Shown one piece after another: positions 20,138-29,221 of a stretch of DNA of 64,000 bases (position 1 is its first letter; the number at the start of each line of letters is the position of its first letter). Where the stretch lies: assembly GCA_963820525.1 (NCBI GenBank), contig CAWGAA010000001.1:2496001-2560000 (forward strand), written 5' to 3'. The stretch is from an uncultured Spirochaetota bacterium (GTDB lineage Bacteria > Spirochaetota > Spirochaetia > SZUA-6 > Fen-1364). A program made the translations under genes and the position numbers. Under the pieces are notes generated by a model, which ran no database searches, was not told where the DNA came from, and saw nothing but the letters and a program-made list of their open reading frames with translations.

Positions 20138-21156
20138 GGAAACGCATCCTCACGGGAGACAGGCCGACGGGCAGGCTCCACCTCGGACACTATGTGGGCA
20201 CCCTGGCGAATCGCGTGCTCCTCCAGAACTCATACGAGTGCTTCTTCATCGTGGCTGACCTCCACACCCTCACCACGCGGCCGGAGAAGGCCCATGTCGA
20301 GGAGCTCGCATCCAACGTACGGGATATGGTGCTCGACTACCTCGCCGCCGGCATCGACCCCGAGCGAGCCACCATCTACCTCCAATCCGCCGTGCCCGAG
20401 GTATATGTGCTGAACCTCCTCTTCGAGATGCTGGTCACCGTCCCGCGGCTCTCCCGCATGCCCAGCCTCAAGGAGATGGCCAGGAACGCGGAGCTCGGCG
20501 AGATGCCCTTCGGGCTTCTGGGCTACCCGGTCCTCCAGGCCGCCGACATCCTCCTCCCCCGGGCGCACCTCGTGCCGGTGGGCAGGGACAACGTGGCACA
20601 CGTCGAGGTGACGCGCGAGATCGCCCGCCGATTCAACTCCCTCTACGGCGAGACCTTTCCCATCCCGGAAGTCCTCGTCGGGGATGTGCCCACCCTGGTG
20701 GGAACGGATGGAAGGGCGCGCATGTCCAAATCCCTCGGAAACGCCATCTTTCTCTCGGACGACAGCGAGACGGTGGCGAAGAAGGTGTCCGGCATGTACA
20801 CGGATCCCAAGCGGGTGCGCGCCGATATCCCCGGCACCGTCGAGGGCAACCCCGTATTCGACTACCACGACGCGTTCAACTCTGACAGGGCGGAGGTGGA
20901 AGACCTCAAGGATCGCTACAGGAAGGGGAAAGTGGGAGACCGTGAGGTGAAGGACAAGCTCGCGCGGGCCTTGAACGCCTTCCTGGATCCGTTTCGGCAG
21001 AAGAGGGACACGTATGCTTCCCGCACGAGCGTCGCGGAGGATGTCCTTTCGGCGGGCACCCGGCGGATGCGCGAGGTGGCCCGCGAGACCCTCGCTTCGG
21101 TGCGCGAAGCCACAGGCTTTGCCGCGCTGTGGAAGAGCATGGACATCGAGGAATAG
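20134..21156 (+). CDS. trpS: Tryptophan--tRNA ligase
   Basis: TGDRPTGRLHLGHY (HIGH), YPVLQAADIL, VPVGRD, RMSKS. Confidence 0.97.
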   Translation: MRKRILTGDRPTGRLHLGHYVGTLANRVLLQNSYECFFIVADLHTLTTRPEKAHVEELASNVRDMVLDYLAAGIDPERATIYLQSAVPEVYVLNLLFEMLVTVPRLSRMPSLKEMARNAELGEMPFGLLGYPVLQAADILLPRAHLVPVGRDNVAHVEVTREIARRFNSLYGETFPIPEVLVGDVPTLVGTDGRARMSKSLGNAIFLSDDSETVAKKVSGMYTDPKRVRADIPGTVEGNPVFDYHDAFNSDRAEVEDLKDRYRKGKVGDREVKDKLARALNAFLDPFRQKRDTYASRTSVAEDVLSAGTRRMREVARETLASVREATGFAALWKSMDIEE

Positions 21157-21167
21157 CCGGCAGGCCG

Positions 21168-21809
21168 TCAGTATGCCGCGGTGAAACGCTGCCGGATGTG
21201 GCGGGGATGTTCCAGCTCGTCCAGGAGCGCCACGGCGAAATCCTCCATGCTGATGAAGCTCCTGCCGCCTGCGTCGCGGACAAGCTGCTCCAGGCCCGTG
21301 CGATACTTTCCCGTGCGCTTTCCCGGCTCGATTCTGTCCGCCGGCGAGAAGGAAGTCCAATCGAGATTCTCGATGGACCGCAAAAACTCAAGCGCCTCGA
21401 GATGCGCGGCCGCGAGGGGCTTCACTTCCGCGGGGAAGCCGGGGGTATCCATCAGGCGGACGCCGGGAGAGACCTCGAGGCTTCCCGCGCCCCCGACGAC
21501 GATGAGGTTGCGGAGCGCGGCTCTCCGAAGCCCTTCAGCGAGGGCTCGTGCCGCATCCACCAGCATGGTCCAATTGCCCGTCTGCCAATCCGGTTGAATC
21601 GAGCTTACAACGGCATCCGAGTCTTTGACGGCGGCGGCGACGCTCGAGGCGTCCGTCACGTCTCCACGGGAAAGTGAGAAGCCGGGATAGCGTTCCGTAT
21701 CGCGCGAGGGATTTCGCACGATGCCCGTCACCTGGTGCCCGCGCGCAAGCGCCTCTCGCAGGATCCGCTTTCCGATCCTTCCCGTGGCGCCGAAGAGTGC
21801 AATCTTCAT
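21168..21809 (-). CDS. NAD(P)-dependent oxidoreductase (YwnB/flavin reductase-like)
   Basis: MKIALFGATGRIG, VGGAGSL, LDWTSFSP, ISMEDFAVALLDE, RFTAAY. Confidence 0.9.
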   Translation of the reverse strand: MKIALFGATGRIGKRILREALARGHQVTGIVRNPSRDTERYPGFSLSRGDVTDASSVAAAVKDSDAVVSSIQPDWQTGNWTMLVDAARALAEGLRRAALRNLIVVGGAGSLEVSPGVRLMDTPGFPAEVKPLAAAHLEALEFLRSIENLDWTSFSPADRIEPGKRTGKYRTGLEQLVRDAGGRSFISMEDFAVALLDELEHPRHIRQRFTAAY

Positions 21810-22696
21810 TTCATGTTCCTTCCCACGGCGATCTCGATCCCCATCTCCCACGGGTCTCTCGCCGTAAGACGGCCGTCGTTGCGTGTCGTCGGTATGCCAG
21901 CGCCCGCCAGCCGCCGCGCGAGGCGCGCCTGTTCCTCTTCATGGGGAACGAGGATCATGAAGGACTCCAATCCCGCAGATCCCGACGGAGCGGGCGGCGC
22001 GCCCCGCGATGCCCACGTGTTCAGTCCGATATGGTGGTGATAGCCCCCGGCGCTCAGGAACAGCGCCCCCTGCAGCCGGGAGGTGACATCGAAGCCCAGG
22101 GTTTTGTGATAGAAGGCGGAGCCTTCCTCGATGCTCGATATCTGGAGATGGATGTGCCCGATGCGCGTTTCCCTGGGTATTCCCGAGGACGGCAGCCGGT
22201 CACGCTCGCCTTCGGCGAGCAGTTCCTCCAGATCGAGGGGATCGACGGCCATCCGGACAACGCCGCCATCCCATTTCCACTCTGACCGGGGCCGATCGCG
22301 GTAGATTTCGATGCCGTTGCCGTCCGGGTCTGAGAGGTAGAGGGCTTCGCTCACCAGATGGTCCGCCTGCCCGAAGGGGATTTTCCGCTCGATCAGGCGC
22401 CGGAGGACCCGGCCGAGGTCAGCCCGCGAAGGCAGGAGCACGGCGAAGTGATAGAGGCCCGAGGCGTTGCGGGGCATGGGACGGGCGCCGGGAGTCTCTT
22501 TCAGGCGGAGGAGAGGCAGGGCCTCCCCGCTTCCCAGAACGAGCCCTCCCCCTCCGCTCTCGAGGATCTCGAGCCCCAAGATATCGCGGTACAGCCCCGC
22601 CGAGCGTTCGAGGCTGGCTACCCGCAGGGTGACGCTCTCAAGTCTGGTCTCGGGATGGATCGCTTCAAAACGGCTCGCGGCCCCTTTTTCATTCAT
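21806..22696 (-). CDS. VOC family protein (CatE-like catechol dioxygenase/glyoxalase)
   Basis: GLYHFAVLLP, DHLVSEALYLSDPDGNGIEIYRDRP, IGHIHL, GGYHHHIGLNTW. Confidence 0.92.
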   Translation of the reverse strand: MNEKGAASRFEAIHPETRLESVTLRVASLERSAGLYRDILGLEILESGGGGLVLGSGEALPLLRLKETPGARPMPRNASGLYHFAVLLPSRADLGRVLRRLIERKIPFGQADHLVSEALYLSDPDGNGIEIYRDRPRSEWKWDGGVVRMAVDPLDLEELLAEGERDRLPSSGIPRETRIGHIHLQISSIEEGSAFYHKTLGFDVTSRLQGALFLSAGGYHHHIGLNTWASRGAPPAPSGSAGLESFMILVPHEEEQARLARRLAGAGIPTTRNDGRLTARDPWEMGIEIAVGRNMK

Positions 22697-22770
22697 CTCA
22701 TACTAGGGTATGAACGCGCGGGAAAAGCGGCAAGCGAGAGGATCACGCCTCCCTGGGGGCCGTCCTCATT

Positions 22771-23538
22771 TCATGGCAGGGAGGGTGCTGTGCCAAGCTG
22801 ATTCCGCGATCTGGACTGCGCGCGGTAGATGAGGCAATCCTGCAGGATTCCGATCAGAGCGTGGATAAAAATCGTGTAGAGGATCGAGCCTGTCGCCATC
22901 GCAATGACGCCGAAGACAATCCCGGCCAGGAGCGCGGCCCCGATCTCGGAGTCGGGGTGGCCGATATGAAACACAGTCGACAGGAGCGTCTGGCACATCA
23001 CCGCCACCACGGCTCCGCCGAGGGTGCGGGGGAGGAGGGCGGCAAGCGAAAAGAGCATGACTCCCCGAAAAGCGAACTCCCAGGCGACGTAGTAGAAAAG
23101 GAGATACGACGCCTCGTAGACGATGAACAGGCTCATCCGCAACATCGACTCCCGGGAATACGGATAGCGCCCCTTCATGTCGGGGTCCTTCGATCCGATG
23201 TAGCTCACGAGGAACGAGACCGGCAGGGCGATGAGGCAGAGAATTCCGCCCAGCCTCCAGTCTCCCAGCCTGATGCCGAGCATCCAGGGGGCCGGCTCTC
23301 CTCTCGCGCCGAGGTACGCAAGGGGAAGCGCGAAAAGGAGAATGAAGAAGCTTGCGAAATACGCCATGACGGCGGAGAAGTCTCCCGGGAATCTCCTCTT
23401 GAAGCTGGGGAGACTCAAAAGCGAGGCAAGGAGCGTGAAAGAAACACCGAGGAGGCAAAAAAGGGCGGCATACGGATCGCGCGCGATTTCAAGCGCCTTT
23501 CCCGCCGTCATGGACGGCCACCCCGCGAGGTGCTGCAT
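22771..23538 (-). CDS. CPBP (CAAX/Abi) family intramembrane metalloprotease
   Basis: WEFAFRG, FHIGHP, FIHALIG; multi-TM. Confidence 0.85.
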   Translation of the reverse strand: MQHLAGWPSMTAGKALEIARDPYAALFCLLGVSFTLLASLLSLPSFKRRFPGDFSAVMAYFASFFILLFALPLAYLGARGEPAPWMLGIRLGDWRLGGILCLIALPVSFLVSYIGSKDPDMKGRYPYSRESMLRMSLFIVYEASYLLFYYVAWEFAFRGVMLFSLAALLPRTLGGAVVAVMCQTLLSTVFHIGHPDSEIGAALLAGIVFGVIAMATGSILYTIFIHALIGILQDCLIYRAQSRSRNQLGTAPSLP

Positions 23539-24558
23539 CTACCGGCCTCCCGACGACCTGTCCAGGTACCCCATCGCCTTTTCCCGCAGATACCAATCCA
23601 CGATCGAGTTGACCTGCCTCTCGAAATCCTGATCCGGCGCATAGCCGAGCTCCTTCACCGCGTCGCATATGTCGTAGCTTGCATGCGACGTAATCCGGCT
23701 GATGCGGTAATAGGAGAGCATCGGCTCGTAGCTGGGGATAGCCGCATGGAGGAGCCTCATGAAGAGAGCGGCGACATACAACGGCGCGGCGGGGACCGGG
23801 ATCCTCTGGCACTTCCCGAGCCTGGCGAGGAGGATGGTGAAGAACATCCGCCATGTCACGTCCTGTCCGTTGGTCACGGAATACGCCTTGCCGTCGGCGC
23901 CGCGCATCTGGCAGGCCAGGAGGCAGGCCTGGGCGAGGTTCGAGACATAGCAGAAGCCGAAGATCCAGTCTCCCCCGCTGACGATGGGCGGAACTCCTCC
24001 TTCGATGGCCCTCAGGAGCTTGAGGCTCGTGGTCCTGTCGTTCGGACCGAAGACGTCCCCGGGGCGAAGGATGATCACGGGAAATCCGGTCTCGCGGTGC
24101 TGCTCCAGGAGAAACTCTTCCGCCGCCCGCTTGGCGCGCGTGTACGGCAGAAAAAACGCGGATCTCCCCGGCCGGGCCTCCGAGATTTCCCGCGCCCCGT
24201 ATCCGAGCACGAGCGTCGAAGAAATGAAGATGAAACGCTTCAGCGCGATCCCGCGGTCCCGAAGGTGGGCGACGAGGTTCACCGTCGCGTCCCGGATGTT
24301 GCGCAGGACCGACTTCGAGGAAGCGAGGTCGGAAACCATGGAGGCGGCATGGATGATGTAGTCGATTCTCGGGGGAAGCCGTATCGAATCAGGCTTCGAG
24401 AGGTCAACCTGGATCACGTTGACCGGAAGTCCCTCAAGGAAATGGAGGTCGGAGGTGGGTCTCACCATTGCGTGCACTTCGTAGGACCGGTCCAGGAAGT
24501 ACTTGCAGAGATTCGAGCCGATAAAGCCGTTTGCCCCCGTTATCACGACACTTTCCAT
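23539..24558 (-). CDS. NAD-dependent epimerase/dehydratase (3-beta-HSD-like SDR)
   Basis: ITGANGFIGS, FISS, YTRAK (YxxxK), ILRPGDVFGPND. Confidence 0.92.
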   Translation of the reverse strand: MESVVITGANGFIGSNLCKYFLDRSYEVHAMVRPTSDLHFLEGLPVNVIQVDLSKPDSIRLPPRIDYIIHAASMVSDLASSKSVLRNIRDATVNLVAHLRDRGIALKRFIFISSTLVLGYGAREISEARPGRSAFFLPYTRAKRAAEEFLLEQHRETGFPVIILRPGDVFGPNDRTTSLKLLRAIEGGVPPIVSGGDWIFGFCYVSNLAQACLLACQMRGADGKAYSVTNGQDVTWRMFFTILLARLGKCQRIPVPAAPLYVAALFMRLLHAAIPSYEPMLSYYRISRITSHASYDICDAVKELGYAPDQDFERQVNSIVDWYLREKAMGYLDRSSGGR

Positions 24559-24687
24559 CGAATCGCTCCGGCCTCCAAACTATAACGTCTGGGAGCGGCT
24601 TTTCAAGCCGGCGGCGCCGCGTTCATCCCCGCTTTGGGTACATTTGACTGGGGGAAGGGTCACAATTCAGATCAAGGGGGGATGGCT

Positions 24688-25364
24688 ATGGAGCCGACCA
24701 GGAGTTCTGTATTCGACGACCTTTTGAAGGAAGACCGCGAGTTCACTGCTCCCCCGTCCTTCAGGGATGGAGCCGCGGTCAAGGACGGCGGCATCTATGA
24801 AAGAGCGGCAAAGGATCCCGAGGCATACTGGGCCGAGGAAGCGAAAAGGCTCACGTGGTTCACGCCATGGGATCGCACCCTCGATTGGAAACCGCCCCAT
24901 GCCCGATGGTTTACCGGCGGGAAGAGATCAACGTCTCCTACAACTGCCTGGACCGCCACCTGGAGGGGCCCCGGAGAAACAAGGCGGCCTTGATCTGGGA
25001 AGGCGAGAACGGCGAGGTGAGGACCCTCACCTACCTTCAGCTCCACCGCGAGGTGTGTGCGTTCGCCAACTGCCTCAAGGACCTCGGCGTGGGCAAGGGA
25101 GATCGGGTGGCGATCAGCTACACCCCGGATCCCGCCCTTTCCGAGCAGCTGAAGCAGCACGTCGTAAAGAAGATCGGCGCCCTTGCCCGGCCTGAGGACA
25201 TCCTCTTCACTCGCGATCTTCCCAAGACCCGATCGGGAAAGATCATGAGGCGTCTCCTCAGGGACATCGCCGAGGGGCGGGCATTGGGGGACGTAACCAC
25301 CCTGGCGGACCCGGCGGTGGTGGCGGCGCTCAGGGACGACTACGAGGAGAAGTACGGGGCGTAA
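24688..25364 (+). pseudogene. acs: Acetate--CoA ligase remnant (frameshift plus large internal deletion)
   Basis: N-terminus ..[16 protein letters not shown]; frameshift at about 24925; [18 protein letters not shown] joined directly to C-terminal [27 protein letters not shown]. Confidence 0.9.
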
Positions 25365-25483
25365 AATCCGCGCGCATTCGGGCGCCCTGGCCTGATTCGC
25401 GAGAGATCCTCCTCCGGCCCTTGTCCACCTGCTGGTGGTTCGTATACAGTGACCGGATTCAAGAACAGCAGGAGGAAAAAACC

Positions 25484-26605
25484 ATGAGCCGGTTTGAATG
25501 CGGTGCCGTCGAGCTGTCCCCGCGCGATGCGGGATACGACGAGGCGAAGATCCGTCGCCTCGAGGAGCATTACGCCAGGCGGATCGAATCGGGGAAGCTC
25601 CAGGCAGCCGGCTTTCTCATGGCGCGGGAGGGGAAGATCTTCGCCCACAAGGCAATGGGCAGGCTTACCTACAAGAAGGACTCGCCTCCCTTCAGGACGG
25701 ATTCCATTAAAACGATAGCCTCGATATCAAAGATCATCACGGCCACGGCCGTGATGAAGCTGGTGGAGGACGGGATGCTCTGGCTGGAGCAATCCGTGAA
25801 GGACTTCATCCGCGAGTTCGACACCCCGATGCATGGGGCAATCACGCTGTGGCACCTGCTGACCCATACCTCCGGCCTTGCGGGGGATGCCGGCTACTAC
25901 ATGGAGCCCTACCCCATCGAGCGGCACGACCTTCTGAGCTGCAAGGACTGGCTTACCAAGGCGGTTTTGCCGGGGCCCGTCCAGGCCCGCCCGGGGGAGA
26001 AGTGGATTTACTGCAGCGCCGGCTTCGCCGTCCTGGCTGAGATTGTGAGCCGTGTATCCGGCATGCACTTCAACGATTTCGTGGAGAAGAAGATCTTCCG
26101 GCCCATCGGGATGACCCGTTCCTTCCTGGAGGTCCCGGAGGATCTCCTGCCGGAAACCTGCCTGATGTGGGACGGTGAAGAGGGGTTCATCCGCGGCCAT
26201 GCAAAGAGAGAGGGCGCTCCCCTTGGCGGGGGCGGCGTGCATTCGACCCTCCAGGACCTGTTCCGTTTCGGGCAGTGTTTCCTGAACGGGGGAGAGCTTG
26301 ACGGAGGGAGAATTCTTGGGAAAAAAACCGTCCAGGAAATGACCAGGAACCAGCTCTCGGGGGTTCCCGCCTACCACTGGGGCAAAAACTTGAAGGAGTT
26401 CAGGCAGGGCCTGGGCTGGGGCTTCTTCTGCGACGGCTCCACCGTCGGCCCCTCCACGTACAGCCACGAGGGGTGGGGATGGTGCGCCCTGTTCGTCGAT
26501 CCGGTCGAAAGGTTCATCTTCGTGTCCACCGTGGCGGACCCCAACCCCTGGAACCCCGAGCACGTCGTCGAGCCGCGAGCCATCGCATTCTCGGGAATCC
26601 TGTGA
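25484..26605 (+). CDS. Serine hydrolase (beta-lactamase/esterase class C-like)
   Basis: ASISK (SxxK), HLLTHTSG, PGEKWIYCS, GGGGVHST; ATG after AGGAGG. Confidence 0.9.
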   Translation: MSRFECGAVELSPRDAGYDEAKIRRLEEHYARRIESGKLQAAGFLMAREGKIFAHKAMGRLTYKKDSPPFRTDSIKTIASISKIITATAVMKLVEDGMLWLEQSVKDFIREFDTPMHGAITLWHLLTHTSGLAGDAGYYMEPYPIERHDLLSCKDWLTKAVLPGPVQARPGEKWIYCSAGFAVLAEIVSRVSGMHFNDFVEKKIFRPIGMTRSFLEVPEDLLPETCLMWDGEEGFIRGHAKREGAPLGGGGVHSTLQDLFRFGQCFLNGGELDGGRILGKKTVQEMTRNQLSGVPAYHWGKNLKEFRQGLGWGFFCDGSTVGPSTYSHEGWGWCALFVDPVERFIFVSTVADPNPWNPEHVVEPRAIAFSGIL

Positions 26606-27420
26606 CCCTGATCCTCGCAAAGATACGGACCCTGAAGGCGGTCGCGTTTGTCACGTACAAGGAGTGGGCCGCCTACAGGTCCCACATGCTTCTCTCGCTT
26701 CTGATCGGGCCGGCATTCTTCCTCTGCCAGCTCTTCATCTGGAAAGCCGTGTACGCGGGAAAAGAGACCCTCGGTGGTTTGAGCCTTCAGGGGATGCTGT
26801 ACTACTACGGCGCCGCCTCCGTCATTTACTACCTCACCATGGACTTCGCTGACTGGAACCTGCAGATGCTGATAAGAACGGGGAGGTTCCTCACCTTCGC
26901 CCTGCGGCCCATCTCGCACATCTCCTTCGCCCTTGCACAGAAGGTGGGCCACAGGGCGCTGGGCTTCCTCTTCGAGTTCATTCCGGTCTGGCTCATCTTC
27001 GCCCTGGTCTTCCGCATCCCCCTTGTCCCGGCCCGGCCGCTTTTAGCCGCAGCCTCGATCGCCCTCGGCTTTCTCATGATGTTCCTGGTGAACTACAGCG
27101 TCGGCATCCTTTCCTTCTGGCTGGTTCGAACCGACGGAATCCGTGCGCTCTTCAGGCTGGCGCGTGACTTTCTGGCCGGCACCTTCATCCCCCTGTCCTT
27201 TTTTCCCGGTGTCGTGCAGAAGGTCATGTTCTTTCTACCATTTCAGTTCCTCACCTATGTGCCCGTGCGCGTGTTCATCGGGCGCTACGAGCTTGCGGGA
27301 ATTTCCCTCCAGCTTCCCCAGATCGTCGGGATTCAGGCCCTCGCCGTCCTTGTCATGTGGGCGGTTTCCACGATGCTTTTCAGGCTGGGGATAAGGCGGT
27401 ACACGGGGGTCGGGGCATGA
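26602..27420 (+). CDS. ABC-2 family exporter permease
   Basis: AYR..., IRTGRF..LRPI, LAGTFIPLSFFP, LPFQ, RRYTGVGA; GTGA overlap. Confidence 0.9.
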   Translation: MTLILAKIRTLKAVAFVTYKEWAAYRSHMLLSLLIGPAFFLCQLFIWKAVYAGKETLGGLSLQGMLYYYGAASVIYYLTMDFADWNLQMLIRTGRFLTFALRPISHISFALAQKVGHRALGFLFEFIPVWLIFALVFRIPLVPARPLLAAASIALGFLMMFLVNYSVGILSFWLVRTDGIRALFRLARDFLAGTFIPLSFFPGVVQKVMFFLPFQFLTYVPVRVFIGRYELAGISLQLPQIVGIQALAVLVMWAVSTMLFRLGIRRYTGVGA

Positions 27421-28208
27421 GCCTGCTCGGGTCCTTCGCGCGGCTTTCCGGCAGGGCCGTCAAGGTCTCATTCGCCGCCCGTGCGGCATATCGGGGAGAT
27501 TTCGCAGTGAGCCTCCTCGTGACCCTGCTCCTCGAGGCGGTCACGCCCCTGGTGACCGTCCTCATCTATGGAACCGGCTCCTCGTTTCCGGGCTGGTCGA
27601 TGGGCGAGGTGCTTCTCATCCAGTCGATTTTCCTGATGGCCCGCGGGGTGGCTTTCCCCTGCTTCTTTTCCATCGTATGGACCGTTTTCGAGCAGGTGCG
27701 CGAAGGGACTTTCGAGCTCACCCTGCTCAAGCCGCGCTCTCCCCTGCTGGTGACTCTCGCGGCGAGCTTCGACGTGCAGGGAATCTGCCGGTTTTTGGGC
27801 GGCATATCCCTGTTCATCTTCGCCCTGCAGAGCGTCCCGGCGCCGGGGCTCTCCCAGATTCTTCTCTTCACGGCCCTCTTTCTTCTTTCCATCCTGGTCC
27901 TCTTCGGCTTCGCACTCATCCTGGCCGCAAGCCTCTTTGTCTGGGTGGGAAACTCCCGGGTGCTCGAGGTGATGGAATCGATTCTGATATTCGCCGAGTA
28001 TCCGTCCTCCATCTACGGCCGGACCTTTCAGCTCGTTCTGGCCGTGATAGTACCGGCCGCGATGATTGCCTTCCTTCCCGCCCAGGCCCTCCTGGGAAGA
28101 CCCGAGCCCATAACCGTCGTCTCGGCGCCGGCATGCGTGGCCTTCTTCCTGGCAGGCCTCTTCTTCTGGAGGGCCATGCTGAAGAGATACTCCGGCGGGG
28201 GTGGTTGA
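27417..28208 (+). CDS. ABC-2 family exporter permease
   Basis: AYRGDF, PGWS, VREGTFE..LLKP, EYPSSIY, KRYSGGG; ATGA overlap. Confidence 0.9.
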   Translation: MSLLGSFARLSGRAVKVSFAARAAYRGDFAVSLLVTLLLEAVTPLVTVLIYGTGSSFPGWSMGEVLLIQSIFLMARGVAFPCFFSIVWTVFEQVREGTFELTLLKPRSPLLVTLAASFDVQGICRFLGGISLFIFALQSVPAPGLSQILLFTALFLLSILVLFGFALILAASLFVWVGNSRVLEVMESILIFAEYPSSIYGRTFQLVLAVIVPAAMIAFLPAQALLGRPEPITVVSAPACVAFFLAGLFFWRAMLKRYSGGGG

Positions 28209-29184
28209 GATGCAGATCGAGGTTCGGGGACTGAAAAAAAACTACAGGACCTATCGGCGGGGGGACTCCTTCGCCGAGGTTCTGGTAAGCATCTTTCACC
28301 GTCAGGCCATTGATGTGCAGGCCCTCAAGGGAATAGATTTCTCGATCGACACGGGAGAGCTCGTGGGTTTTTTGGGCCCCAACGGAGCGGGAAAGTCCAC
28401 CACGCTGAAGATCCTCACGGGGGTGCTCTTCCCCAGCGCCGGGGAGGCGAGCGTCATGGGCTTCATTCCGTGGAAGCAGAGAAAAAGGTACGTCGCGAAC
28501 ATCGGGGCCGTCTTCGGCCAAAAGTCGCAGCTGGTGTGGGATATCCCGCCCATCGATTCATTTGCCATGAACCAGGCCATCTATGGCATTCGCGATCGGG
28601 AATACCGGCAGTCTCTCGGCCGGCTCACCGAGCTTCTGGGAGTCCAGGATGTCATGCGCCAGCCGACGCGGAACCTCTCATTGGGCGAGCGGATGAAGTG
28701 CGAGTTCATCATGGCCATGCTCCACCGCCCCCGGATCGTCTTCCTGGACGAGCCGACCATTGGGTTGGACGTCATCGCCAAGGAGGCCATCCACGGCTTC
28801 ATCAAGGAGATGAACCGGGACGGGGTCACCTTCATCCTCACGACCCACGATCTTGACGACGTGGAACGCCTGGCGCGGCGCGTGATCGTCATCAACAGCG
28901 GTGAGATCGTCTTCGACGACTCGCTGGAAAAGCTTCGACGCTATTTCGGTGACAGGAAAAAGGTGCATCTGGTGACGGAGAGGAGCCTCGACGGGCTTTC
29001 GCTTCCGGGGCTCTCCCTCATCGAGCGCAGGACGGAAACGGACGCCGACTTCGAGCTTGATCTCTCGTGCCTGGTCCTGGAAAACTTCATCTCCCGGGCA
29101 AGCTCGAGCTATGGCATCCGCGACATGTCCATCGAGGAGATCCCCATCGAGCGGGTCATCAAGGAGCTGTATCGCCGCGATTGA
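28201..29184 (+). CDS. ABC transporter ATP-binding protein
   Basis: GPNGAGKST, LSLGERM, FLDEPTIGLD, LTTHD. Confidence 0.95.
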   Translation: MVEMQIEVRGLKKNYRTYRRGDSFAEVLVSIFHRQAIDVQALKGIDFSIDTGELVGFLGPNGAGKSTTLKILTGVLFPSAGEASVMGFIPWKQRKRYVANIGAVFGQKSQLVWDIPPIDSFAMNQAIYGIRDREYRQSLGRLTELLGVQDVMRQPTRNLSLGERMKCEFIMAMLHRPRIVFLDEPTIGLDVIAKEAIHGFIKEMNRDGVTFILTTHDLDDVERLARRVIVINSGEIVFDDSLEKLRRYFGDRKKVHLVTERSLDGLSLPGLSLIERRTETDADFELDLSCLVLENFISRASSSYGIRDMSIEEIPIERVIKELYRRD

Positions 29185-29221
29185 CCTCTGAACGGCGGTG
29201 GGGATAGCATGGGGCCCGACA

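Noticed and set aside
22771..23538. Abi protein as phage abortive infection
   Set aside because: CPBP/Abi is a membrane protease family, and the context is metabolic
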